NCBI RefSeq assembly: GCF_006345805.1 | Contig: NC_042999.1 | Coordinates: forward strand, 106,950,001-107,014,000 | From: Octopus sinensis | Lineage: Eukaryota | Direction: 5' to 3' | Length of the DNA: 64,000 bases | Part shown: piece by piece, positions 49,592-62,063 of the stretch | Numbering within the stretch: the first letter of the stretch is position 1 | Layout of the letters: each line of letters opens with the position of its first letter | Made by a program: the position numbers and the translations under genes | The notes under the pieces: generated by a model | The model's input: only the letters and a program-made list of their open reading frames with translations | Databases searched by the model: none | What the model was told of the DNA's origin: nothing

Positions 49592-52500
49592 CACCCGCCC
49601 TCCCACCCCCACCACGCATGCCGGAAGTTCCTATTCTCTTCCATTCCGGGGTTGCTTCCCATGAAGACTGCAAATGCTCTCTCCATCCATACCCCTCCCT
49701 ACCCCTAGTCTCGACCTATGTAAGGTAATGTTCATACAGTGCAAAATATGAAAGGCTAGCGTTATGCAGGTTGTACTGAAGGCTACTTTACTACTTCATT
49801 TCTTGCACATGAATTCTGCCGAATGCGAGCTTTCTTTTCAGGTACACGAAGCTACTGTCCACCGTCCCAGGGTCTCTAGAGCCTATGCCTTCCACACCCT
49901 CAGGGTTGGCACCCTCAACGTTGGCACTCTGAAAGGTAGGTCTGGTGAGATAGTCGAGATGCTTGAACGGAGATGTGTGGATATATGTTGCATGCAAGAA
50001 ATAAGGTGGAGAGGAGGATCAGCTAGGTTCCTCACAGGCAAGGAACGCAGGTACAATATTTTCTGGGCAGGGAACACTGACGGGGGGTTGGTGGCGTGGG
50101 TATACTTATCGCTGAGAAATGGGTGGTAGATAAAGTAATGAGGTAATCAGAGTAAGTGACAGAATACTTAAGATTAGATTAGTGCTTCATCATAGTTTAG
50201 CAACCGTTATATCAGCTATGCTCCTCAGTCGGGGCTACCCGATGGACAGAAAGACCGATTCTATGACACTCTACTGCAGACTACCTCATCGACGAACGAC
50301 AGAGACCTTATCTTTGTGGCTGGTGACTTCAATGGTCACGTTGGACAACATGCTGGGGGCTTCCATGGCGTACATGGAGGCTATGGCTATGGCTCCCGCA
50401 ACGAGGAGGGAACCAGGCTGCTGGAGTTCTGCGATGCAAATAATCTTATGATTTGCAACACTAACTTCAGGAAACCTACCAGCCACCTAGTCACTTACCA
50501 ATCGGGCCAACATACCAGCCAAATTGACTACATCCTTACAAGGCAAAGGGAGAGATGGCTGCTTATAAATGCCAAAACCTTCCCAGGTGAAGAATGTACC
50601 CCACAACATAGACTGGTAGTTAGTAACTTTAGGATCAGGACTAGGAGGACAACCAGAAGACGACAAATATGGAGAAGAAGGATCTGGAAGCTTAAAGATC
50701 CTGCAAATGGACAGAGATTTAGGGACATATTACTTGAAGCCTCTGGCGAAGTAGAAGGGGATAGAGCATCACAGGGGGTAGAAGACAGCTGGACGTTTCT
50801 AAGGGACAACCTGCTGAGAGCCACTGACCAGATCTGTGGCTGGTGCAAAGTCCCCTCTCGACCTAGAATAACGTGGTGGTGGAACAATATTGTAGACAGG
50901 GCTATTAGAGAAAAGAGACAGGCTTGGAAGGTCTGGAAAAATGGGGGTAGCAGGGAATTGTATCAGACTGCCAAAAGAGAAGCTAGGAGACAGGTTTATT
51001 TAGCCAGAGGGGAAGCAGATAAGAAAAATTTGCCAATGTTCTGCGCCGTGAGGACCAAAGACTGGAGGTGTTTCGTGTTGCAAGACAGTGTGTGAGAGAG
51101 AATCGTGATGTGGTAGGAGAGAAGTGTGTTTGCATGGAAGATGGTTCACTTGCGCTAAATGAGGATGCGAAGAGAGAGGTTTGGAGATGCCACTATGAAA
51201 GGTTGCTGAATGAAGAAAATGAATGGGATAAAGAGAGTCTGCCGAATGTTGACCCAACAGAGGGACCAGCTATCCGAGTTGATAGTTCTGTGGTAGCTAA
51301 GGCAATTAGAAGCATGAAGACAGGGAAAGCCCCAGGCCCATCAGGAATCACTGCAGAGATGCTCAAAATGTCTGGTAGTGTCGGCTATAGCCTAGTCACC
51401 CATCTAGTTAATCAGGTGATACACAAAGGGGTCATACCCAATGACTGGTGTAGCAGTATAATAGTCAACTGCTACAAAGGTAAAGGTGATGACCTAGATA
51501 CAAATAACTACAGAGGTATCAAGCTGTTGGACCAGGTGATGAAGGTTACGGAGAAGGTCATAGCCCAACTAATTAGAGAGAGAGTTAGTTTAGATGAGAT
51601 GCAGTTTGGGTTTGTGCCAGGGAAAAGTACTACTGATGCTATATTCCTGGTAAGGCAGCTGCAGGAGAAATACCTAGCCAAAGATAAGCCCCTGTACCTG
51701 GCTTTTGTTGACATGGAGAAAGCCTTCGACAGGGTCCCCCGATCCCTTATCTGGTGGGCAATGAGAAAACTAGGGATAGATGAATGGTTAGTGAGAGCTG
51801 TGCGGGCCATGTATAGGGACGCCGCTAGTAGGGTGAGGGTTGGAAATGAGTACAGTGAAGAATTCCGGGTAGAGGTAGGGGTCCACCAAGGCTCAGTACT
51901 CAGCCCCCTCCTATTTATCATAGTCCTCCAGGCAATAACGGAGGAATTCAAGACAGGATGCCCTTGGGAGCTCCTCTATGCTGATGACCTTGCTCTAATT
52001 GCTGAGTCGCTATCAGAACTGGAGGAGAAGTTTCAGGTGTGGAAACAAGGATTAGAATCGAAGGGCCTCAGAGTCAATCTAGCTAAAACCAAAGTCGTAA
52101 TCAGTAGGAAGGTAGACAAATCACAAACACCTTCAGGTAGATGGCCCTGCTCGATCTATAGAAAAGGTGTAGGTAGAAACTCTATAAGATGCACCAAGTG
52201 TAAGCTATGGACACATAAGAGATGCAGCAATGTCAAAGGAAGGCTAACTACGAAGATGGTTTTTGTATGTGGCAGATGCTCAGGAACAATAAACACTGAA
52301 AATGCTCTGAGACCAACTTCCGTCACTTTCCAGGGAGAAAAACTAGAAATAGTTGATAGTTTCCGTTACCTAGGTGACCAAGTCAGCAGCGGGGGCGGGT
52401 GTGCTGAAAGTGTAACTGCTAGAGTAAGAATAGCTTGGGCAAAGTTCAGAGAGCTCTTACCTCTGCTGGTGACAAAAGGCCTCTCGCACAGAGTGAAAGG

Positions 52501-53556
52501 CAGACTGTATGATGCGTGTGTACGAACAGCCATGCTACATGGCAGTGAAACATGGGCCGTGACTGCTGGGGATATGCGTAAGCTCGCTAGAAATGAAGCC
52601 AGTATGCTCCGATGGATGTGTAATGCCGGTACTCACACTCGGCAGAGTGTAAGTACCTTGAGAGAAAAGCTGGACCTAAGAAGCATCAGTTGTGGTGTGC
52701 AAGAGAGACGTTTGCGCTGGTATGGTCATGTGGCGAGAATGGATGAAGATAGTTGTGTGAAAAAGTGCCACACCCTAGCGGTTGAGGGAACCTGTGGAAG
52801 AGGCAGACCCAGGAAAACCTGGAACGAGGTGGTGAAGCACGACCTTCGAACTTTAGGTCTCACTGAGGAAATGACTAGAGACCGAGACCTCTGGAAGTGT
52901 GCTGTGCGCGAGAAGACCCGGCAGGACAAGTGAGTCCACAACCCGTGGCCTTCTACATGGGATGGAGCCAGCCTACGTATGCATACCTTCCCTTCTTGGG
53001 ACACAAAACTCTACTTGTGAAGACGTGTTGAGGCAAGTGAGGATCAGAATCGAAATCGATCAATGGAAATTGCGGATGTGCTACCAGTGCCGGTGGCATG
53101 TCGAAACTCTGCTTGTGAAGACCTATTGAGGCAAGTGAGGATCAGAATCGAAATCGATCAATGGAAATCGATCAATGGAAATCGATCAATGGAAATTGCA
53201 GATGTGTTACCAGTGCCGGTGGCATGTAAGAGAACTTTCTGTTTCGCGACCGTTGCCAGCACCGCCCCGTTTCGTGTCCGTTGCCAGCCTCGCCTGGCCC
53301 TCGTGCCGGTGGCACATAAAAAGCACCATCCGTTCGTGGCCGTTTGCCAGCTCTGTCTGGCACCAGTGCGGGTGGCACGTAAAAAGCACCCACTACACTC
53401 ACGGAGTGGTTGGCGTTAGGAAGGGCATCCAGCCGTAGAAACACTGCCAGATTTGACTGGGCCTGATGAAGCCTTCTGGCTTCACAGACCCCAGTAGAAC
53501 CGTCCAACCCATGCTAGCATGGAAAACGGACGCTAAATGATGATGATGATGATGAT
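49592..53556 (+). mobile_element. RTE-clade LINE copy 3, apparently full length
   Basis: Same 5' motif as copy 2; 3' UTR with a ~98-bp duplication (53006/53104) and 3 x 14-bp gaaatcgatcaatg; (GAT)n tail. Confidence 0.95.
49764..52933 (+). pseudogene. RTE ORF with frameshifts in the endonuclease half; C-terminal 621 aa open
   Basis: ORFs 49764..50129, 50316..51095 and 51068..52933 are collinear with copy 2; the second PHD cysteine is mutated (CSIY). Confidence 0.93.
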
Positions 53557-55140
53557 TCAATCTGGCTGGTAGGATGTTAAAGCTATTCTAAAAGAGCTGT
53601 CAGAAGTGAATGTTATTGAGAATAATGCAATGTTTTGATTTTACAAATTTCACCCCAAAAGAAAAAGAGTGATTCACAACAGTAAGTTGTCCCCTAAATA
53701 GAGAGGAGTCAGAAACTTATTTCCAAGAGATCAGGATTTTTTTTTTTTTTGTTAGTGGGATTTCAAAACTTAGGAGTTAAATTTTATATTCTAGCTTCAA
53801 ACACAAAATCCTTCTGCAGTTCAATAAGTTCTGTTATTTATAAAGCAATACCCAAAACAAAAGCTGTAAATACAGAGCATTTGTTATTAGTACCATCAAT
53901 CAGGAAATGATTAACAAGAAATTCGAAGCATGTTAGCTTCTTTAGTTTCTCAAGCCTGCTTTCAATATCATCATAAAGGGTTTTACCCCCGCATTTCCAC
54001 TCTATACTGTAAAAGAAAGAGATAACACATAATCCTAGTATTATGTTAGATATCACACACAGTAGCTTTGATAACTGCATAAAGCTTATGAGCCACAGTT
54101 TGGCCACTCAACCTGCAAGAAATACCAGCCAAATTCCCTTCAAACTTCACTCTACCATCTTAAAAAATAGAAAGGACTCACTGGACAATTGTGATTAAGT
54201 CCTTTTATATGTTGGAATAGTTACAGCTAGAATGTTTTTGATTACAGGCCTCTTGAATTAAGGATAGCCTAGGGTTAAACAACAACAATGTACTTTATAA
54301 TGGTTGCCAGAGTAATCTATAAGATATTTATATTTGATTTTATATCCCATTTAGCTATTCCATTAGCTACTAAGATACTTAACAATATAGGCTTAATGAT
54401 TCTTCATAACTACAGAAATCTTTGTCTGTGGATTTTCAATTGATATGTCATGTACATTTCCAAAACCTCTTAAGCTAGATATCTGTATTGTTAGTATGGT
54501 TAATCAGTAAATATAACTCATCATAATTAGTACCTTCAAATCAATTATGAATCTTCTGTGAATAACTATGTCTCCACTGCTAATGAACAATACATAACTC
54601 AATGTCTAACACTCCTTACAAATGCAACCTCCCACAGTTTATGACAACTTCTTCGAGATGCCCTAACATCACTTTCATAATTATGTCTGCATCTCAAAAG
54701 CCCAACCCATTTTACAGTAAAGGCCACAGAACAAAAACCATAAATATATGTTTCATGTCACAGTTCTCTTCAATCTCAGATTAATTATTACATTTATGTT
54801 CTATGAGATTAAAATTAAAACCTTAGTTGTCAATAATATACATATGTAAATATGAATTTTCAAATTAGATTGGTAAGGATATACAATCCTAGTGGGTACC
54901 GTATTCACATTTACCAGTTAATAATGCTGGCTAAACTGTGTGAGTGTAGAAAAACTCTAGTTTGTTATTTCACTATCCTCAGTACTTAGTAGATCTTCAC
55001 ATCGGTAAATCCATATGTTTCTTTAGAGACTGCATGTTGTTCATAGAGAAGAAATATATTATTATTAATATCATTATTATTATTATTATTATCATTATTA
55101 TTATTATTATTATTATTATATTATTATTATTATTATTATT

Positions 55141-55697
55141 GAGTGAGAGAGCAGTGCATGCCATCAAAGTGACACTGGGGTAAAATATATGGAGTCCAGT
55201 ATACCCATCATGACTACCTGTCTGATAAGAGTACACCAGGCACATGCATCACAACCATATGTGTGCAACATGGTGATCTCATATCAAGATAAACAGCACA
55301 TGACCTTGCAGGTGGGGCCCAGTTAGAATTTTCTTCTGGTCAAGTAGCCCATCCTGTTCAAAAGGTCCCTGAATAAGGTTTGTTTAAGGATGTTGAATGA
55401 ACCGCTAATGTTTCCAAAGGTGAACTAACCAAACCTCTAAGAATTCCTTTCAATACATGGCTATGATGCTCCCTCACTACTTCTGCTTGTGATCAGAGAT
55501 GCACATGTCATTAGCCATTAAGGGACATGGTCAACTGGTTAAGGTCAAACAACTGACAAGCAAACCTGTGGTATTGAGTAGAATATTTGCTGTATCCCAT
55601 CTTTTATACCAAGACAAAACAATGTACATGATAACACTTCCAATCAGTTAAGATCAGCAGCCATGAGAGCCACTGCCTGGTACTGCATCAGGGCATT
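55141..55697. mobile_element. Unclassified interspersed repeat flanked on both sides by (ATT)n
   Basis: 55430-55590 is homologous to 21650-21815 (gatgctccc..cactac..tgatcagagatgcaca...caactgacaagcaaa...agaatatttgct); (ATT)n at 55060-55140 and 55697-55737. Confidence 0.55.
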
Positions 55698-56014
55698 TAT
55701 TATTATTATTATTATTATTATTATCATTATTATTATTTCTTCTCTATATGTAAATATATAGCTCTGTGTGTGTGTGTGTATGTATGTATAGAGAATGTTA
55801 CTATTTAAAAGTGCTCTGAAGAATAACAATTAGACATTTACTGGTGGTGTAACTCTATATAGAGAGTAGAGAATTTCACAATGCACACACAATTTTACAT
55901 AATAGCTATTGGTGTGGCTCTTAGGAAAGTAGGCTGATGGCAATAGTGTCATTACGTTTTGTGCTTTCTTTTTAGTTATCCTCAGGGTTTATTCGTCGAT
56001 GCCTCTACCAAATT

Positions 56015-56830
56015 TGGAGATGGTCTAATGAATGGGACCTGTGTCTGAACGTGTCAAAGTGCCTTCATCTGCCTGTTGGCTCTCCTCCTGCAACTCAACT
56101 TGATTACGAGCCAGGTCGTCTGCTGCTAGAGAGGACTGATCAGGTAAAGGACCTGGGTATCTTGGTGGATTCCTCCTTTTCGCCTTCGGTCCAGTGCGTC
56201 CATGCTGCCAACAAAGCACACGGAATTCTGTTCCTGATTCGACGTTCATTCGGAATGCTCACAGCAGCCATATTCCTACCGCTCTATGTCACGCTGGTGA
56301 GACCCATATTGGAGTATGGAATTCAAGCCCCTTCTCCTTATTTCCTCAAAGACATACAGCATCTCGAAAGAGCCCAGAAGCTGGCTACCCGCATGGTTCT
56401 TGGTCTCAAGAATTTGTCTTATGAAGAAAGGCTGAAGACGCTCGACCTTTATTCTCTAGAAAAACGATGATGCCGTAGTGATCTCATTCTTGCTCACAAC
56501 ATCATAAGCGGAAAGCGTAACCTCTCGAAAGAGCTGTTCTTCACTTCTGCTCCAGAGCGTCGGCTGCGGGGTCATTCTGAAAAGCTCTATCTGCGACGAT
56601 TTCATCTCAATCGAAGGAGAGGGGCTTTCTCCGTCCGGGTTGCGGATCTGTGGAATAAGCTGCCGGACGAGATGGTGAAAATGCCGACGACCGCTCGGTT
56701 CAAAGTCTCTCTTGACCACAACTGGCCTGAACTCTTTACATGAACACCACCCTGTACATAACTCCATGTCCCCTTACATGGCCTTGCTTTTTGCTTTTTG
56801 AGCCCAAAAATTAACAAACTAACTAACTAA
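56015..56830 (+). mobile_element. CR1-clade LINE 3' fragment with (AACT)n tail
   Basis: KDLGILVD, LYVTLVRPILEY, LERAQKLATR, SYEERL, EKR*CRSDL, FSVRVADLWNKLP; natural stop at 56741-56743. Confidence 0.92.
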
Positions 56831-56900
56831 ACCACTGCACACTATGCATTTAGTGTTGAAACTTTTATCAAGAATGTTAAAGCTGATATTTTTTGTGCAT

Positions 56901-57278
56901 CAACCACATGGTTCCAGGTTCAGTCCCACTGTGTGGTACCTTGGGCAAGTGTCTTCTACTATAGCCTCGGGCCAACCAAAGCCTTGTGAGTGGATTTGGT
57001 AGATGGAAACTGAAAGAAGACCATCATATAAATGTATATATATATATATATATATGTGTTTGTGTGTGTGTGTGTGTGTGTTTGTGCCCCCAAATTTGCT
57101 TGACAACTGATGCTGGTGTGTTTACGTCCCCGTTACTTAGCAGTTCAGCAAAAGAGCTTGATAGAATAAGTACTAGGCTTACAAAGAATAAGTCCTAGAG
57201 TTGATTTGCTTGATTAAAGGTCAGTTCTCCAGCATGACCACAGTCAAATGACTGAAACAACTAGAAGAGTAAAAGAGA
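56901..57278 (+). mobile_element. tRNA-derived CORE-like SINE (head partly missing)
   Basis: catggttccaggttcagtccc...ttgggcaagtgtcttc...gactgaaacaa. Confidence 0.85.
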
Positions 57279-57319
57279 TGCCTTATTATATATATATATA
57301 TATATATATATATCATATG

Positions 57320-57390
<71 letters not shown>

Positions 57391-57467
57391 ATATATACAC
57401 ATACATATATATATATATGTACACATATATATACACATACATACATACATATATATACTCTTTTTCT

Positions 57468-57861
57468 TTTTACTCTTTTTACTTGTTTCAGTCATTTGAC
57501 TGCGGCCATGCTGGAGCACCGCCTTTAGTCGAGCAAATCGACCCCGGGACTTATTCTTTGTAAGCCCAGTACTTATTCTATCGGTCTCTTTTGCCGAACC
57601 GCTAAGTGACGGGGAGGTAAACACACCAGCATCGGTTGTCAAGCAATGCTAGGGGAACAAACATATTCACACACACTTATATATATATACATATATACGA
57701 CAGGCTTCTTTCAGTTTCCGTCTACCAAATCCACTCACAAGGCATTGGTCGGCCCGGGGCTATAGCAGAAGACACTTGCCCAAGATGCCACGCAGTGGGA
57801 CTGAACCCGGAACCATGTGGTTGGTTAGCAAGCTACTTACCAAACAGCCACTCCTGCGCCT
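57468..57861 (-). mobile_element. tRNA-derived CORE-like SINE, well preserved
   Basis: Minus strand aggcgcaggagtggctgtttggtaagtagc...gttccgggttcagtccc...ttgggcaagtgtcttc. Confidence 0.9.
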
Positions 57862-58089
57862 ATATATACACATATATATACACATACATACATATATATA
57901 TACACACACACACATATATACACATACATACATGTATTTATAATTATATATATATATACACATATATATACACACATATATATATATATATATATACACA
58001 CAGGGAGAATTCACAAAAAACAAAAGACGAAGACAGGTGGTGTAGACAACAAACAGATGTATTAGTTTAACGTTCAGTAATTGAAAAAG

Positions 58090-58127
58090 TCTTTAACGTT
58101 TTGAGCCTATGCTCTTCTACAGAAAGA
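58090..58127 (-). ncRNA. Decayed minimal hammerhead-like motif related to 10597-10631
   Basis: Minus strand TCTTT-CTGTAGA-A-GAGC-ATAG-GCTC-AAAA-CG-TT-AAAGA; two core positions deviate. Confidence 0.4.
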
Positions 58128-59428
58128 AACAAGGAGAGAAAATAAAGAATCCGTAGTGTGCTGAGGAACAGGGGATAAACAGAAAGAGGAGAAGCAGAAA
58201 GAGAAGGAGAAGATGAAGGAGATGGAGATGGAAGAGGGGATATGTTAATGCCATAAAAAAAAGGTATCCACTACACTCCTTAAAGTGGCTGGCATTTGGG
58301 AAATGCAGCCAGCAGGAACACTGGAGCAACACATGGCTCTCTGACCCATTGGCTCCCATCAAATCATTCAGCTCATGCCAGAATCAATAGCTGATATAAA
58401 AATTAATGATGATATACGTACTGGTTTGATTCAGGTTGATAGACCCACAGTTGCAAGATTGGCCTTGTGTTCAGAGAAAAGAAATCAATATCATTCTTAT
58501 CCCCAAAACTTTAGGCTTAATGAAATGTGATTCAGATTTATTTATTGGCAGAATTAATGTGTCAGTGATAAAAGTGCCAGTGTTAGATTGTATAATTGAT
58601 GAGCTAATTGCATGGTTATATTTCTAATATCAGTTATTACTACAGTGGAAATGACTGACCGGACTGTCAATTAGATCATATATATTTATATTTACACTAC
58701 ATTTTGATGAGTGTTTTCTCCCGATTCCTTTCAAATGTCTTAATTTTACCCACACACATGCAGATACACATGCGTGCACACAGATCTTCCATCACATGAA
58801 CATACACACAGACATTCTCTCTCTTTCCTTCCCTCTCTCTCTCTCTCTCTCACACACACATTCACAATCTTTTAACACTTAAGTTTGAACTAATAGGAAT
58901 TTGTTGAAAGTCACACGTAATCTCCACTAGAAATGTGCCAGACTATGGAAATGCCTGAATACAACATTATAATGACTGGCTGTTATGAAGAAAGAAATCT
59001 ATTGAAATGGGGTGTCAATATAAAAGGAAAAATATAATTAACAATCTGAACCAAAATCTTTAAATTGTTTTACTTGTTTCAGTCATTAAAGTGCACCCAT
59101 GCTGGGGCACACCCTTGAAGAATTTTTGCTAAATGAATCGATCCCAGTAATTATTTCTTTTTTTTTTTAAGCCCAGTTCTTATTTAAGCAGTCTCTTTCA
59201 CTGAGCCACTCAGTTACAGGTACATAAGTGCACCAACACCAGTTGTCAAGCAGTGGTCAGAGACAAACATAAACACAAATACATGTGAACACACATGCAC
59301 ACACACATACACACACAACTATTACAACTATTAGTGGTTTGTGGTTTAACTACTCTTTCTAGTGAGTCAGATGTCCTGTTATGGTCATCTCTTATGTGTT
59401 TAAATGTACACTGTATTTTTATATGAAT

Positions 59429-59460
<32 letters not shown>

Positions 59461-59469
59461 ATATATATT

Positions 59470-59806
59470 GGGACCCCCTTCGGTCACAGCACTGACCATG
59501 GGATTGCACCTAGAAAGTTACCCTCCTAGTCACAAGTCTGGGCAAGGTGGTTTATGGAAGATCAGCAGTCGCCCATGCATACCAGCCTCCCCTCTCCACA
59601 TCACCAGTGTTATCCAAGGAAAACGCAGCAGCCGATACAGCTTGGCACCTGTGATGTCGCAACTCATTTCTACACCTGAGTTAACTGGAGCAATGTGAAA
59701 TAAAGTGTCTTGCTCAAGAACACAACATGCAGCCCGGTCCAGGATTTGAGCTCACAACCTCATGATCATAAGCTCGACGCTCTAACCACTGAGCCATGCG
59801 CCTTCA
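59470..59806 (-). mobile_element. tRNA-derived SINE of a second family; a related decayed copy lies at ~61429-61670 (+)
   Basis: Minus strand ggcgcatggctcagtggttagagcg (A-box-like), gagctcaaatcc (B-box-like), gtgttcttgagcaagacacttt conserved-domain-like segment. Confidence 0.85.
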
Positions 59807-59817
59807 TATATATATAT

Positions 59818-59859
<42 letters not shown>

Positions 59860-60687
59860 TAACATCTGTTTTCCATGTTGACATGGGTTGGACAGTTTGA
59901 CCAGAGCTGGTTAGGCTAGGGGCTGCACCAGGTTCCCTTGTCTGTCCTAGCCTGGTTTCTATAGCTGCAAGCCCTTCTTAACGTCAACCACTTCATAGAG
60001 TGTACTGGGTGCTTTTAACATGACACCAGCACCAGTGTTTTTCACTTGGCACCAGCACTGGTATCAATTTTGCTGCGATGGGTGAGTCAAGAGTGCATTC
60101 TTTTCAGGTTCTATCTACCAAATCTACTCACAAAGATTAGGTTGGCCCAAGGTTATAGTAGAAGATACTTTCCCAGTATACCATGCAATGGAACTGAACC
60201 TAGAACCATGTAGATGGGGAGCAAACTTCTTACCATACAGCCAAGCTAAAAAATTTTTAGTTCTTAAGCTAGTGTTAACATAGTTAACCTATTAACATTC
60301 AGATTATTCTGTCAAATATAATGTTTATTTATCTACATTGTTTTGAATGCATTAGGCATTACCTTGTAGATTTGAGACTGATTGTTTATTTTTAGAATGA
60401 CATTCAAGAATAGGTATAAGGGGCCTGATCTGACCAGTTTAAATATAAACCAGGTGGAATATTTGAGCTGGATTTTGCCAGTTTAAATGCTGAAGAGTAA
60501 AATGTATGGAGACATTAAAAGTTTAACTTGAATAATTGTTGGTGAAGAAAAAATATTAGTTAATGATTGACATTATTTTGAATCATTTTGGCATGTACGA
60601 GAGCGTTGGATTGGAAGTACCATGGATAAAAAACACACCAATGATGTATACAAGGTGTTGACTTAGCAGGACCGGTACCAAGCCAGG

Positions 60688-61090
60688 CAAAATTTTTAGC
60701 AGCATTTCAGTTATCTTCATGTTCTGAGTTCAAATCTCACAGAGGTTGTCTTCATCTCCTATCCTTCTGGAGCCAATAAAATAAGTACCAGTCAAGCACT
60801 GGGATCAATGTAATTGACTTACCCTATTCCCTGAAACTGCTGGTCTTGTGCCAAAACTTGAAACCATTTAAGGTTGTGAGTTGGAAGAATTGTCAGCATG
60901 TGAGGCAAAATGCTGCTAAGCATTTTGTCCGTCTTGCTGTTCTGAGCTTAAATTCCATTGAGGTCAAATTAGCCTTTCTTACCTTCAGGGGTGATAAAAT
61001 AAGAGCCATTTGAGCACTGGCGCCAATGTAATTGATATACCCTCACCCCAGAGCTTGCTGGCCTTGTGCTAAAATTTGAAACCAATATTA
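60688..61090 (+). mobile_element. Two adjacent decayed SINE copies of the family also found at 63.0-63.9 kb
   Basis: Shared gttctgag.t.aaat...ataaaataag..cca...gcactgg..caatgtaattga...ctgg.cttgtgc.aaa.ttgaaacca. Confidence 0.75.
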
Positions 61091-61824
61091 TGTTCCATGT
61101 AGTTATATTCAGAGTTCAAATCCTTCTCCAGTCCACTTTTATCTTCTGAAGCACTGTGATCATAAGTCATGGGCACAATATGCAGCTGTCTAGTAGGTTC
61201 CACAGGTCATGGTAACCATTTCTAGTCTATGAATGCTGTGGCTTGTTCTCAACAAGTAAATTCCCTTGTGCCCCTTGCATTGATTTGTCCAGGGTCCTAT
61301 AATGACAGCACCTCCAGGAGACAAAAATGAGTACCAATCAAGTATCAGGGTAGATATAATTTTGGCTGTTTTCTCCTCCCATGGTTTTGGGTTTGTGCCT
61401 ATATAAGAAACCAGTATCTTGACATAATGGAGGCATGTGGCTTAATGGTCAGAGTGTTGGACTCATGATCATAAGATTATGGTTTTGATTTCTGGACCAG
61501 GCAACGTGTTGTATTCTAGAGTAAATCACTTCACTTCACATCACTCCAGTCCCCTTGCTGGAAAAAGTGAGTAATCTTTCTAGATGGGGAATTTATATGC
61601 CACAAAGCTGCAAAACTGGACCTTATGAGTCAGCATGACTCAAGAAAGTAACTTCACCTTTACCTTTAGTATCTTGGCAAATGCAGGAGTCAACATAGTA
61701 GGTGTCTTGTTCTATCCCATGGCAGATGTAGCATGCCATGATCTGGTTGTTGAATGGATACATTGAAGGCATAATATAATAATAGATACTCTCTCATTAA
61801 TTTCATTCTTTTTTACCTTTTATC

Positions 61825-62063
61825 TTTTACTTGTTTCAGTTGTTGGACTGTGACCATTTTTGGGTGCCACCTTGAAAGTTTTGGTCAAACAAATCTACCA
61901 TCATATATATATGTGATGGGCTTCTTTCAACTTGTTCACCTAATCCACTCACAAGGCTTTGGTCAACTCAACACTATAGTAGAAGACACTTGCCCAAGGT
62001 GCCAAGCAGTGGAACTGAAACAAGAACCATGTGGTTGGGAAGCAAACTCCTTACCACACAGCC
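61825..62063 (-). mobile_element. CORE-like SINE with internal deletion. Other fragments lie at ~59068-59340 and ~60100-60243.
   Basis: ttttacttgtttcag tail plus agaagacacttgcccaaggtgcca...accatgtggttggga..caaa..ccttaccacacagcca head. Confidence 0.8.

Noticed and set aside
26080-53580. Target-site duplications for the RTE and Tx1 insertions
   Set aside because: The flanks were compared by eye and no matching direct repeats were found, so none are claimed.
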